DNA of 64,000 bases from a virus: positions 1-64,000 of IMG/VR virus record IMGVR_UViG_3300010965_000427; one strand, written 5' to 3'. Made by a program: the position numbers and the translations under genes. Position 1 is the first letter of the stretch; every line of letters starts with the position of its first letter. Shown here piece by piece: positions 10,275-20,618 of this stretch. Below the pieces are notes generated by a model. That model searched no databases. It was not told the origin of the DNA and worked only from the letters and a program-made list of their open reading frames with translations.

Positions 10275-11609
10275 ATGTCGACACACAATAGAGGTTTGAT
10301 TCGTTGGGCGTTGGAAGAAGAGGGCGAAGTGGAAGATACGACCGAGGCCCTGGCCGCCGACCCCGAGGTCGAAAGTGACGCCAACGAGCTCATGGAAGAC
10401 GACGGCAACATGACGGACATGACTGATACGATCGAAAGCACCGTCGAAGACGCCGGCACCCTGGACGAGATCGGCGACGTCATGGAAGAATCCGTCGAGA
10501 GCGGCGAAGGGCTGTCCCAAGAATCCGCCAAGATCGCTGGAATCGCCATTTCCGCCATCGCCAAGCGCTTAGGCTATCCGGCCAACATCGACCTGATGCC
10601 TTCGATGGAAGCCTTCGGCGCTACCTCCTCGCGTGTTACGGCCACTCGAATCGCCCTTGAGGCCGAGCAATCGCTTGCGACACGAGCCTGGGATGCGATC
10701 AAGCGTGCCGTCACCGCTTTGTACAACATGGTCGCCAATTTCATCGCGAAGATCTTGAGTAGCACGACCCTGCTCGACGCCTACGCCGTCCGGCTTGAGA
10801 CAGCAGTCAAGGCCATCAAGGCTGACAAGCCCAAGAAGGGCGACCTGGAATCGAAGGCCATGGCCCTGGCGTTCGGCGGAAAGAACAACACCGCCACGTT
10901 CGAAAACGCAAAGAGCACGGCCGCCGTCCACAAGTCCCTGGCCGAGAATCTCGAAAAGTTTGGTTCGGCCGCGCAATCCGCGGTTACCAAAATCGACAGC
11001 ATTCTCGCCGAAATTAAGGGCGCAAAGGGCGAAACAAAGCTGGAAGAATTGAAGAAATCTCACGAAGACTTAATGGATGTCTTCGAGAAGTCTGTCGGGG
11101 GCCATGTCACTTCGGACAACACCAGCAGCCGGCTCAAAGGAACAACCAAGATACAAACTGTCGAGGGGCTTGTTCAAGGAAAGAAGCTTCGTGTGATTCA
11201 AAACGACTCTGGAACAACGGTTCAGCTGCGGGTCGAGGTCGTAAAGGGTGAAACTCCTGCCGGAGACCAAGCTCATGGCGATACCCTTTCGCAGAAGCAA
11301 ATGTTGGAACTCATATCTGAAGCCCGGCAGCTTATCGCCGGCAACAAGGCTTTGAAAGCGTCCAATGGCGACGTAAAGAAGCTTCAAGGCAAATTCGAAA
11401 AGGCCATTGATACGGCCATTAAGGGGCTTAACAAAGAAAAGGAAAATGAAAGCGCAAAATCTGAAGCGGCCGTCATGAGCACTGCCAAGAAAACAGTTTC
11501 GGCGATGTCGTCCAGCGTGGCCTCTGTTTACTTCAAGATTCCGTCCTTGAATTACACGGCTGCAAAAGCCCTGCTCGCCTATGTTTCCGCATCCGCGGCT
11601 CAATACTGA
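10275..11609 (+). CDS. abundant internal head/inner-body protein, phiKZ gp93/gp162 family
   Basis: Acidic propeptide; WALEE, GLSQES, PSMEAF, IALEA cleavage motifs; GAGG SD before ATG 10275; strongly GC-shifted codons. Confidence 0.75.
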   Translation: MSTHNRGLIRWALEEEGEVEDTTEALAADPEVESDANELMEDDGNMTDMTDTIESTVEDAGTLDEIGDVMEESVESGEGLSQESAKIAGIAISAIAKRLGYPANIDLMPSMEAFGATSSRVTATRIALEAEQSLATRAWDAIKRAVTALYNMVANFIAKILSSTTLLDAYAVRLETAVKAIKADKPKKGDLESKAMALAFGGKNNTATFENAKSTAAVHKSLAENLEKFGSAAQSAVTKIDSILAEIKGAKGETKLEELKKSHEDLMDVFEKSVGGHVTSDNTSSRLKGTTKIQTVEGLVQGKKLRVIQNDSGTTVQLRVEVVKGETPAGDQAHGDTLSQKQMLELISEARQLIAGNKALKASNGDVKKLQGKFEKAIDTAIKGLNKEKENESAKSEAAVMSTAKKTVSAMSSSVASVYFKIPSLNYTAAKALLAYVSASAAQY

Positions 11610-11668
11610 TACATCGTGCTAGCAGTTTTTGACGTAACTTCTAATGTGCGTCGATAGCTGCCATTGTC

Positions 11669-11723
11669 TTCCTCCGTTGCTATGCCTAACGGCAGCGCAA
11701 CGGAGGAAAATTATTTTTTTTTT
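11669..11723 (+). terminator. intrinsic terminator
   Basis: TTCCTCCGTTGC...GCAACGGAGGAA followed by a T-run. Confidence 0.75.
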
Positions 11724-11729
11724 GCAAAA

Positions 11730-11800
11730 AAAAATAGTCACATATAAACAAATAGACATAACCTTATCATAATGGTAAGAGTGTCTCAATTTGACTGGAG
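11730..11800 (+). promoter_or_regulatory. phage promoter motif (CATATA) + conserved leader hairpin copy 1 + SD
   Basis: TAGTCACATATAAACAAAT-AGACATAACCTTATCATAATGGTAAGAGTGTCT-...CTGGAG. Confidence 0.75.
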
Positions 11801-11806
11801 AATGAC

Positions 11807-12211
11807 GTGGCAATAAAAAGAAACGGCAAGGTGATTTCCACTCGAGAAGCAGCTGCCGACGTTTTGAAAAGTAAAACAGCTGAAAAAAACAGAATCAAGC
11901 TGCCTAGGGCGCCCTCTTTTATTGTTGAAGAAGAGGAGGCGGAGGGCAGAGGTTTTCGCGAAAATCCTCTTTATAGCATTCTTAAAGACATCAGAAACCC
12001 GCCGTTAAAAGAAATTACTATCGGGGGCGCAACGGAAGTGACAATTCAACCGGAAAAGTCGGCTAAGCCAGAAAAACCCGCTAAGCCAGAAAAACCCGCT
12101 GAGCCAGAAAAACCCGATGAGCTGAAAAAAAAGGAGGCTAGCCAGCCGCCTTCTACGTCTCGCAGGACATGGAAAACCCCGACTCAATATTTCTATGGAA
12201 CGTTCGGGTAA
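11807..12211 (+). CDS. hypothetical protein with PEKPAK repeats
   Basis: GTG start after GGAG; 18-bp tandem repeat at ~12050-12120. Confidence 0.65.
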   Translation: MAIKRNGKVISTREAAADVLKSKTAEKNRIKLPRAPSFIVEEEEAEGRGFRENPLYSILKDIRNPPLKEITIGGATEVTIQPEKSAKPEKPAKPEKPAEPEKPDELKKKEASQPPSTSRRTWKTPTQYFYGTFG

Positions 12212-12230
12212 ACAACGCTTCAGATTAGAC

Positions 12231-12288
12231 TTATACGCCAACCTGCCATTTACTGGCGGGTTGGCGTATAAAATGATTATTTTTTTTA
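12231..12288 (+). terminator. intrinsic terminator
   Basis: TTATACGCCAACCTGCCA...TGGCGGGTTGGCGTATAA then T-run; implies the ORF-track start at 12195 is wrong. Confidence 0.7.
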
Positions 12289-12347
12289 CATTGTGTGATC
12301 TTTTGGACAAGCCAATACGTCCGACTACTAAAGAGAGAAGTAACTTC

Positions 12348-13832
12348 ATGCCTGTAGTTAATACAACTTTACCAGAAGTAGAACAATCAACAAGCCGCCC
12401 TATTATTTTTTCAGTTATAAATGAAATAATTGAAAGAACCGGATTACCAAAAGATATTCGTATTTTTTTTCCTGGCGATAGCGCTAAAATGGCGCAAGCC
12501 GGCACTACAATTGAAGATAACGATAGAACCCCTTTATTATCTAGTAAACAATTGTTATTTATAGAAGTAGAAGAAGCTTTTAATAGATCCTTGGTTGGAA
12601 CCTCTGCTATATCTAGACAAGAACATTTGCCAGTATTTATAGATTACCAAGTAGGCGTTCAACTGCGCCCTATTTATGCAACCACAAATGTAATAATTCG
12701 TATTCGTTTTCAATCTATTAGTAAAAATGAAGTAATTAGGTGGCATAATCAATTTTTTATGAAAATTACTCAATTGCAAGATCAGTTTGTTCATAGTTTT
12801 AAATATCATTATGCACTAACGGATGGCATTTTATCTTTGTTAGAAATAATACATCGGTATAGAGAAGCAATTGAGCCATATGGTGAAGAATTTGTAGATT
12901 ATGTTAAAACACGCATGACAGAAAGATTGACTACATTGGGCGACATGGCCGGAAAAGATTGGAAATTAGCAATAGCAGAAACTCAATCTAGAATTTTAGG
13001 TCGTTTTAATTTTGATACTTTGCCTGAAAAAATGGAGCATGAGGACGACAAAAGCGGGTGGGCAGGATCGGTAGAATATGAATTTACATATGAAAAACCT
13101 ATTGGCTGCATTATAGACTATCCGATATTTGTCCATAATAGATTATTACCAAAAGAGTATATTTTACCTACTTTAGATAACGATAATATTAATACAGCCC
13201 CTGTTCGTTATAGTCAGTCCTTTAATTCACTTTCTTATTTCGAAGTTCCAAATATGCAAGATGAATTTATTATGAATTCAAAATATTATAAACTGCCATT
13301 TTTTGATGATTTTATTCCAAACAAAACACTGCCAGGCACATCGCCTATATTTATTGCGCTTTGCCAAGTTGAAAGCGTTAGCAAAAAAATATTAATTAAT
13401 TTAACTAAATTAGACGAAATTCAACTTAACCCGTCAATCGTTAATTTTATAATAAATTCAGAATACCCGTATCTAACGACTTTATATTCATCGGTTATTC
13501 AAGTCAATTTATACAGAGATAATTCTTTATTGATAAAAAATACATTAACGTGCTCTAATAGAGGGATTATTTCTGCTGTAACTGCATTAAATTTAAGACA
13601 AGTCCATAGGGTTTGTTTCTCTATCGTTACAGATTTAACATTATTAACTTCTGCGGCTCTTGCTAGATTACAACTTTATCCAGATGTTTTTGATTTAATT
13701 CAAAAACTTATAGAAAAAACAACTAATTATCAAAACGATTACATTGGAGGAAAAACTATTATGGCCAACGTAATGCAATCAACAATTATTGCGATGCGTA
13801 AAAATCCATCCTCTGCTTCAGAATTGCTTTAA
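12348..13832 (+). CDS. virion structural protein, phiKZ gp98-like
   Basis: Start MPVVNTTLPE downstream of the terminator; RPIIFSVI and YPIFVHN motifs; synteny. Confidence 0.6.
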   Translation: MPVVNTTLPEVEQSTSRPIIFSVINEIIERTGLPKDIRIFFPGDSAKMAQAGTTIEDNDRTPLLSSKQLLFIEVEEAFNRSLVGTSAISRQEHLPVFIDYQVGVQLRPIYATTNVIIRIRFQSISKNEVIRWHNQFFMKITQLQDQFVHSFKYHYALTDGILSLLEIIHRYREAIEPYGEEFVDYVKTRMTERLTTLGDMAGKDWKLAIAETQSRILGRFNFDTLPEKMEHEDDKSGWAGSVEYEFTYEKPIGCIIDYPIFVHNRLLPKEYILPTLDNDNINTAPVRYSQSFNSLSYFEVPNMQDEFIMNSKYYKLPFFDDFIPNKTLPGTSPIFIALCQVESVSKKILINLTKLDEIQLNPSIVNFIINSEYPYLTTLYSSVIQVNLYRDNSLLIKNTLTCSNRGIISAVTALNLRQVHRVCFSIVTDLTLLTSAALARLQLYPDVFDLIQKLIEKTTNYQNDYIGGKTIMANVMQSTIIAMRKNPSSASELL

Positions 13833-13841
13833 GAGGCCCGT

Positions 13842-15170
13842 ATGCCAATTGCAACGTTTGACCCTATACCAGATGAACAGACCGACATTGACCTGCCAAG
13901 GGTCGAACCAGCGGTTTATAAGAGCATAATTAACGACGATCGTTACCAACCGTTACAAGGTTTAATTTCATATGTAGAAGGAGCTCCGTGGTCAGTCAAT
14001 TACTATAACCAAATTTTAACTCAGCACACTGATCTTAGAGAGCTGGATGTAAACCAAGCGGCAATCTATCAACAATATTCAAAAATAATAAATCTTGAGA
14101 TTCGTGTTACCGATCAACTTACAGAAAGCCAAGATCAAATATCAGGGTTAATCACGGTGCAAGGCTCTGGTATCATTTACCCATTTTTAACTCCAAATGC
14201 TAATGATTATTTTGTTGCTTCTGTTGGCGATGGAAAAGATGGACTTTTTAGAATTACTCAGGTCGATAGAAAGTCACATCATAAAAATTCTGTATTTAGT
14301 GCAGAATACGTATTAATAGCCTTCTTAGGGGACAACGACCCTCGCTACCTAAACCTTGAGCAAAAAACAACTAATTCAGTTTATTTCAATAAAGATAGAT
14401 TAATAGAGGGCCTCCAGCCAACACTGGTCACTAGCGAACATAACACGGCTTTATTTTTAAAAGACTTTTTTCATCAATGTTGCGAATTCTATTTCTCAAA
14501 TTTTGTCTCTAAAGATTATGGAACAATTATTATTCCTAAACAAATTAAAACCATTTACGATCCGTTTTTAGTTAATTTTTTATTAAAAATAACCGAAACT
14601 TCCGACGCTAAAGAAATCGCTACCATTTCGCAATTAAATATGGAACAATTAAAAAGATTGACAGAACCGCAATTGTGGTCTTTATTACTCAATAGTAACA
14701 ATCTATCTGCTACATTACTTTCCGGATGTAATTCGTCAATGGGAATTTTACAAAATTCATTTTTCAGTACAAATCCAGTTATGAGTAGTTTTAGATTTTC
14801 TAGGTTCTACGGAATGGTGTATCCTACGAGGAGAGTTCCGGAGGACCCGTTTGAAAAAAGTTTTCCAATTCCTCCGGTTTTATTTAACTCCATTATCGAG
14901 GAAAGAGGAACAAACCCAATAAGCACTGTTCTAATAAAGCCGGTTCTCATAGATAATTTTTATGTTTTATCAGAGGCATTTTATACAAAAACTCCTCCCT
15001 TATCGTTATTAGAAACTCTTGTTTTAAACCATTTACAAAACAAGGCAATTCCTACAGCAGATGTTAAAAAACTTTGTGACGATTATTTAAATTGGGGGCT
15101 TTTGGAGCAATTTTATTATCTGCCTATTTTAATGTTATTAATTAAAGTAACTGTTTCAGGTCTTTATTAA
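13842..15170 (+). CDS. virion structural protein, phiKZ gp99-like
   Basis: LISYVEGAPWSVNYY...QQY, PNANDYF, YDPF, EQFYYLP motifs; synteny. Confidence 0.65.
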   Translation: MPIATFDPIPDEQTDIDLPRVEPAVYKSIINDDRYQPLQGLISYVEGAPWSVNYYNQILTQHTDLRELDVNQAAIYQQYSKIINLEIRVTDQLTESQDQISGLITVQGSGIIYPFLTPNANDYFVASVGDGKDGLFRITQVDRKSHHKNSVFSAEYVLIAFLGDNDPRYLNLEQKTTNSVYFNKDRLIEGLQPTLVTSEHNTALFLKDFFHQCCEFYFSNFVSKDYGTIIIPKQIKTIYDPFLVNFLLKITETSDAKEIATISQLNMEQLKRLTEPQLWSLLLNSNNLSATLLSGCNSSMGILQNSFFSTNPVMSSFRFSRFYGMVYPTRRVPEDPFEKSFPIPPVLFNSIIEERGTNPISTVLIKPVLIDNFYVLSEAFYTKTPPLSLLETLVLNHLQNKAIPTADVKKLCDDYLNWGLLEQFYYLPILMLLIKVTVSGLY

Positions 15171-15194
15171 CAATTTTCAAAAGAGAAATAACAA

Positions 15195-15839
15195 ATGTCA
15201 ATTGCCGATTTAGAAAAGTTAAAAAACTCCGCAGATACAACAATTGCAATTTGGGAGGTGCTTTATTTAACTAGAATTCCTAAACTACAAACTACATCAA
15301 TAACTAATTTAAGGGCCGTTGGAACTTATATAAGCGGCGATAGATCCGTTGATAATACATTATCCGAACAATGGCTAACCACGTATATATGTATTTCAGA
15401 CATGGTGTCGTATTATAGAGACGGAGTCCAAATAAAAATTGTTAAAGAAATAGATACTAAAGCTATATACGAAGCAATTTCAGAACATTTAGAAGCATGG
15501 TTACTAAACTTACGATATGCTATAAATATAGGAAATGCTCCTGTGCAAGATTTAATTGATATGGATAATTTCGCAAACGACATTTACTCCTTTGCTAAAT
15601 ATCACTTCACTAGAGACGCATTAAGTTCAGTTATTGGTAAGAAGATGACAGAAGGTTTAACATTTACTCCTAATACCTTTTTTAAACAAAACCCAAACAA
15701 CCCAATTCAATTAATACCTTCAATAAATGAAGAATGTGGGTCTGTAACAAGAATTCGCCCAATTGAAGATGATTTTCCTGAAAGAGAATCTTTAACAGAG
15801 CATTTAAAAAACCATCTTCAAGTCCAAAACCGCTGGTAA
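15195..15839 (+). CDS. conserved protein, phiKZ gp100-like
   Basis: IYEAISEHL...APxxDLIxMDxFA motif; synteny. Confidence 0.55.
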   Translation: MSIADLEKLKNSADTTIAIWEVLYLTRIPKLQTTSITNLRAVGTYISGDRSVDNTLSEQWLTTYICISDMVSYYRDGVQIKIVKEIDTKAIYEAISEHLEAWLLNLRYAINIGNAPVQDLIDMDNFANDIYSFAKYHFTRDALSSVIGKKMTEGLTFTPNTFFKQNPNNPIQLIPSINEECGSVTRIRPIEDDFPERESLTEHLKNHLQVQNRW

Positions 15840-15846
15840 AAAGAAT

Positions 15847-17199
15847 ATGAACAACCTTGCTGTTTTTCTGAAAGCTAATCAATCCGCAAAATTAGCAGAA
15901 GACATAGATTCCACATATGTTGCTTTGGAAACATTAATTGAAACTTCGGAGTTTGTTAGAACTTCATTGCCAAACGGATTAGATTTAAATAGCGGTAAAA
16001 TTTTAGGAATTCATATTAACAGTTTATGCAGACGTTTAAATTTACCATCAGAAAATATGATTCCAGCTTGCGAAGCTTTTGAATGTCCTTTTACTAATAA
16101 AGCAGCAACAAGTATTTCCATGGAAGGAATGCTTGAAAATATTAAAATTACATTAATTGCTATTTATAAAGCCATCATCAGATTTATAGAAGAAGTAAAA
16201 GGGCATTTAGTTAATGGATTTGAAGACCATAGACAACGAGTTAGAAATGAAAAAATTTCTAAGTTAAATAAAGAACTTAGCGAATTATTAACTGCGGCGT
16301 CAAGAAGCGATATCGATTATCAAAAAAAGTACGGGGCTAGAGAATTAGCTGGCAGTGAATTATTAGCTCGCAATTTTACATACAACGGAAAAGCAGATGG
16401 TTCTACCGTTGAACATTATCTTAATAATACATCTCAAACATTAGATTTGTTTTTAAAATTTGAACCAGTAATGCAACAAATTGTTAGAAATTTTGTAACA
16501 GGATTTAATAATCTTAGATCTGAATTAGACGTAAATCTTAAAAATAAAATAGTGGGAGATCAAAATACCATCGACGGGGAAAGAATAATAGAAAATGTTT
16601 CTAAGTTATATGAAGGAACTTTAGATGTATTTGAAGAATTTGTAAAACATCATTTTAAAAAACGAACTGTAACGGAGTTTAGCAGACTCGTTCATGGCGA
16701 TTACGAAGGATATAGTGTTTATAGCGCTATTGACATGCCGGGGCCGTCTGTTGCTTTAGTTTTTATAAATGATAAAAAAGATAAAATACTTCCGCATTTT
16801 GAATCTATTACAATTGCAGAAGGTCTTTTCCCTATTGCTATTATTTCTCCGACATTTGAAGAATTAGGGCATTTGGTAAAAAAGGACATTTCTATATTTG
16901 GCGCTAATGCGCAAAGACTTAGCGGAAATATTAAACGATATGAAAGTGCATTAAATATAGTGCAAAAAATTCTGGGGGATTTAATTGGCAGCTACGACAC
17001 TTTCAATAATCCCGATTTTCATAAAGAAGAAGCAGTTAGGCAGGCTAGGCGCGCTTATAAAGAATTGCCAAGTTTTATGAGGCGCTGCGTCATCGGGCTA
17101 TTTTCAAATACAGCTTCTCAAATTTCAAAAGCTAGTGATTTATCAAACTCGTATTTAATAAAATCAGGCAAAGCATTCAAAGTTTCTTATGAACGATAA
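15847..17199 (+). CDS. internal head protein paralog (gp93/gp162-like family)
   Basis: N-terminal propeptide similar to the 10275 protein (GL..SGKILGI..L..RL..P..EAF...ISMEG). Confidence 0.6.
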   Translation: MNNLAVFLKANQSAKLAEDIDSTYVALETLIETSEFVRTSLPNGLDLNSGKILGIHINSLCRRLNLPSENMIPACEAFECPFTNKAATSISMEGMLENIKITLIAIYKAIIRFIEEVKGHLVNGFEDHRQRVRNEKISKLNKELSELLTAASRSDIDYQKKYGARELAGSELLARNFTYNGKADGSTVEHYLNNTSQTLDLFLKFEPVMQQIVRNFVTGFNNLRSELDVNLKNKIVGDQNTIDGERIIENVSKLYEGTLDVFEEFVKHHFKKRTVTEFSRLVHGDYEGYSVYSAIDMPGPSVALVFINDKKDKILPHFESITIAEGLFPIAIISPTFEELGHLVKKDISIFGANAQRLSGNIKRYESALNIVQKILGDLIGSYDTFNNPDFHKEEAVRQARRAYKELPSFMRRCVIGLFSNTASQISKASDLSNSYLIKSGKAFKVSYER

Positions 17200-17204
17200 A
17201 TAAA

Positions 17205-17227
17205 ACAGACATATATACTTATTATGC
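17205..17227 (+). promoter_or_regulatory. phage promoter motif
   Basis: GACATATATACTTATTATG, same family as other cassette promoters. Confidence 0.55.
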
Positions 17228-17273
17228 TGCTGCAATAATTATTATAATAAAAATTTTAACCGTAGAGAAAAAT

Positions 17274-17567
17274 ATGAATAATGCTCACGCAACAAAACTA
17301 GTAAGGTCCATTCTGGAAAAAGAAAACCCTTCAGCAAAAAGAGCAAATAACTATGTTTTAATTCAGGAAGAAATAAATGAAACTTCTAAACTTTCATTTG
17401 AACTGAAGCCTCCGGTCGTAATACATGAATCGTGGCAATTGCAATCTGGAGAAACTACATCTGGTCTAAGAATTCACGTTGGAAAAGAATGGCTTAAAAG
17501 TAAAATTTTAGAATCAACGTTAGAAGTAATCGATTCGCTTGGAACTACCGGGCAACTCGTAATTTAA
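17274..17567 (+). CDS. hypothetical protein
   Basis: 97-aa ORF after promoter motif. Confidence 0.6.
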   Translation: MNNAHATKLVRSILEKENPSAKRANNYVLIQEEINETSKLSFELKPPVVIHESWQLQSGETTSGLRIHVGKEWLKSKILESTLEVIDSLGTTGQLVI

Positions 17568-17601
17568 TGTCAAACATGTCTAACTTAAAAGAGTTTTAAT
17601 T

Positions 17602-18612
17602 ATGGCTAAATTAAACTTAACTGACTATTTTTCTTCAGAAGAATCGGAATTTTACTTCGAATTATTTAATGAAATAAAAAACGCTTTAAGCGTTATGTCG
17701 GATTCAAATAACCTAATTACTTTTATCTCGCTATTAAGTGAAAATAAAAATTACAAAATAAAAATTAGTAAAAACTTATTGATTTGTGTTTTAGCAATAT
17801 CAAATAAAGATGTATATGTATTCAGATCGGTTAATGACGAATGGTTATTAACTGATGCATTAAAATCACTTTGTCCTGAAAATAGTAAAAGAAACTATTC
17901 CGACTTTGGAACTGATGTCGCGATATCTCAAAAAGGAGAATTAATATTTGTTAGCGACACACAATACGATGAAAAAAATTCTGGATGCATTGAAATATTT
18001 CAAATTTATTCAAATAAACCAACAAAACATTTACAAACATTAATTCCAAATAGCTATGAAGGACCCGTCAATAAATTTGGTGCATCTATAACCGTATCTG
18101 AAAACGCGGACTATGTATTAGGAGGCGGCACTGTTAATGGACTTTTTACTATATTTACATTTACAATTTGCTCATTGGAAAACCAATCTTGGTCATTATA
18201 TTCAGAACAATTGTTATCGTCAAATTCAAAAACAAATATAGCTGAGTTCGATAAAATTTATTTAGCAAACAACGCAACAGAATTATTTATAACCGTTATT
18301 GGAACAGTAGTTTCATCTGGTAATAAAATAGAATCTAATAACTTTGGGCTTTTTTCAGTTCCATTTAATTCATTTCTTCAAAACGAATTAAAATTATTTA
18401 TTGATTGTGGTTTTACTGACATTGTTGTTGGTAAAAATCAAAAAATAACAACATTTATAGAAAAAAATCGAAAAGAAAATATTATTTTAGTAGGATGTTT
18501 AATGTTTAAAGATAACAATCAAAATACTGTTCATATTTCAACTTATTCAAAAGCTTATGAAGAAAATTATAATCTAACAAATAGCATGGTGCTAAAAAGA
18601 ATTTTAAATTAA
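17602..18612 (+). CDS. degenerate FG-GAP-type beta-propeller protein
   Basis: DFGTDVAISQKG..IFVSD...SGCIEIF and KFGASITVSENA blades resemble those of the 36394 protein. Confidence 0.5.
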   Translation: MAKLNLTDYFSSEESEFYFELFNEIKNALSVMSDSNNLITFISLLSENKNYKIKISKNLLICVLAISNKDVYVFRSVNDEWLLTDALKSLCPENSKRNYSDFGTDVAISQKGELIFVSDTQYDEKNSGCIEIFQIYSNKPTKHLQTLIPNSYEGPVNKFGASITVSENADYVLGGGTVNGLFTIFTFTICSLENQSWSLYSEQLLSSNSKTNIAEFDKIYLANNATELFITVIGTVVSSGNKIESNNFGLFSVPFNSFLQNELKLFIDCGFTDIVVGKNQKITTFIEKNRKENIILVGCLMFKDNNQNTVHISTYSKAYEENYNLTNSMVLKRILN

Positions 18613-18638
18613 GTAACATTTTGACTAATCGATTAATT

Positions 18639-18682
18639 GCTCAGCCGCTTTGTTAGCGGCTGAGCGAAAATTTTATTTTTTT
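18639..18682 (+). terminator. intrinsic terminator
   Basis: GCTCAGCCGCT...AGCGGCTGAGC then T-rich tail. Confidence 0.7.
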
Positions 18683-18722
18683 ATAAATAAAAAATACGCT
18701 TATACTTTAAAAAGAGAAAAAA

Positions 18723-20102
18723 ATGAAGCCTTTTGAAAAATCGGTGCTTTGGCCCGATGTCCAGCGAGTTATGAAAAATGGAGATACTTCTCTTAGATTT
18801 GAATATACAGGGGAATTACATACTGAAAAGAAAAACATAAAAATAGTAAAAATAATTTCTTTTGACATAATTAGAGATTATGTTAATTCAATTGGTGATC
18901 AATTTTATATAGAGTTTATGATTGGTTTGGGGGATTATGCGATCGATCTTTATCCGTTTCGTAATAATTTAGAATTTACACTTTTTAGTAGAGAACTTAC
19001 AGATCTTAGCGATTCTACTAAGAAAAATAAACCAAAAAAAGAAGAACGATTCAAAGCAGTCTTTTTAATTGAAGAAAATAAATCAATTAGAGCTTCTGAA
19101 TATGAAAATTTTGATATTTTTACATTAAATGTATCTGATGTTGTTACCGTTAAGCTCCAGCTTCTTAACAGATCGCTTGAGCCCATTAGAATAAAAACTA
19201 CCGGAGGAACATTTGCAAATGTTACAAACGAGGATCTATTAAAATCGATTATTTCTTCCGAATGTTTAAAGATAACGGTAGACGGCAAACCATCTTTGGA
19301 CGGTTTGGATATGGTGGAAGCTGATAATAAAGATAACCAAACTCAATTGCTTATACCTCATTCTACTTTAATAGTAAATCTTCCTATTTATTTACAGGGA
19401 CAAAAAACAGGAGTTTATAATGCAGGAATTGGAAGTTATATTCAAAGTTACGACGATAGAATGACATGGTTTATATACCCACTTTTTAATCCAACTCGTT
19501 TAAATTCAAAAAAGAAAAAAGCTATTTTTTATTCAGTTCCTAAAAATCGTTTTCCGGGAATAGAAAAAACATATAGAACTACACAAGGAGTGGTTTATAT
19601 ATTAGCAACAGGAGGAAAAGGATATAGAAGCACTGGAGAAACTGACATGATGAATTCTGGTGCAGGATACAGGATGACAGATTCTAGGTCAATTATGAAA
19701 AAACCTGTTGAGATGACTGCCGATGGACCAGTCGCCAATAGGAATCAATTAAACCACGAAGTAGCAACAATTCAAAGAAAAGATGGCTTAAACTATGCGC
19801 CTATCGCTAGCCGCCCAATATCGTCTAATCCGTTTTTACAATCCAGCCAAGTGTTGCAAAGAAGAGGAGCTAGAATTGATTTTACATGGATAAATGCTAA
19901 GCCTTCCTTATTATATCCTGGCATGCCTTGTCAGTTTATATTTTTAGACAAAGACGATAAAGCAAAAGAAGTAGATGGAATTTTGTTATTTGTACATTGC
20001 TATACAGAAATGTCCGGGAAAGGTTTAATGACCAGCTCTCACACAACTTCATGCCAAATCACTTTATTTGTAGCAGAAATGGAAGAAGTAGCAACTGAAT
20101 AG
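18723..20102 (+). CDS. virion structural protein, phiKZ gp101-like (possibly baseplate hub)
   Basis: RDYVNSIGD, GVYNAGIGSYIQ, WFIYPL, LLYPGMP motifs. Confidence 0.6.
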   Translation: MKPFEKSVLWPDVQRVMKNGDTSLRFEYTGELHTEKKNIKIVKIISFDIIRDYVNSIGDQFYIEFMIGLGDYAIDLYPFRNNLEFTLFSRELTDLSDSTKKNKPKKEERFKAVFLIEENKSIRASEYENFDIFTLNVSDVVTVKLQLLNRSLEPIRIKTTGGTFANVTNEDLLKSIISSECLKITVDGKPSLDGLDMVEADNKDNQTQLLIPHSTLIVNLPIYLQGQKTGVYNAGIGSYIQSYDDRMTWFIYPLFNPTRLNSKKKKAIFYSVPKNRFPGIEKTYRTTQGVVYILATGGKGYRSTGETDMMNSGAGYRMTDSRSIMKKPVEMTADGPVANRNQLNHEVATIQRKDGLNYAPIASRPISSNPFLQSSQVLQRRGARIDFTWINAKPSLLYPGMPCQFIFLDKDDKAKEVDGILLFVHCYTEMSGKGLMTSSHTTSCQITLFVAEMEEVATE

Positions 20103-20117
20103 ATTATGTTGAAAAAA

Positions 20118-20190
20118 TAAATAGCCACATATAAACAAATAGACATAACCTTACTACGACTGTGAGAGTGTCTTAATCTGACTGGAGAAT
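20118..20190 (+). promoter_or_regulatory. promoter motif + leader hairpin copy 2 + SD
   Basis: TAGCCACATATAAACAAAT-AGACATAACCTTACTACGACTGTGAGAGTGTCT-...CTGGAG. Confidence 0.75.
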
Positions 20191-20195
20191 CTATT

Positions 20196-20618
20196 ATGAA
20201 AAAATTAGTTAAAGATGAAGTCGATGCGCAAAGCCCAGAGATAAAAGACGCGGCTCCTCTTCGTGTAGATGGAACTCCTTTTTGGATTGTCAATGAATTT
20301 AATTTCCACGGAGAAGGCATAACCGCATTTGCAATTGCTTATGGTGTGCACATAAACACCGAATGCATAATGCATCGGTTTAGTGAAAAAAGATACACTC
20401 TTTATTGGAGAGCAACAACTGGTTTAAGTTCTATTTATGAGAATAAACAAACAGGACCAGACAGCTGCGTTGACGACCCAGAAAACAAATGGACTCTTGG
20501 ACAAGAGGTGGATTGGCCATTGAACGTAAAGCTGGCTTGGGACGATATTTTTAAATACCTGGAAAAAAGCGGAGTGAGTAAAATTACTGGAAAAACAGAA
20601 TTCAAAACGACGGCATAA
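20196..20618 (+). CDS. hypothetical protein
   Basis: 140-aa single-gene cassette with SD and terminator. Confidence 0.7.
   Translation: MKKLVKDEVDAQSPEIKDAAPLRVDGTPFWIVNEFNFHGEGITAFAIAYGVHINTECIMHRFSEKRYTLYWRATTGLSSIYENKQTGPDSCVDDPENKWTLGQEVDWPLNVKLAWDDIFKYLEKSGVSKITGKTEFKTTA

Noticed and set aside
10226-11603. Multiple antisense/alternative ORFs over the inner-body gene (also over the capsid gene)
   Set aside because: Shadow ORFs caused by GC-rich codon usage
12050-12120. PEKPAK repeat and portal EEEPE tail as special elements
   Set aside because: Ordinary in-frame low-complexity linkers
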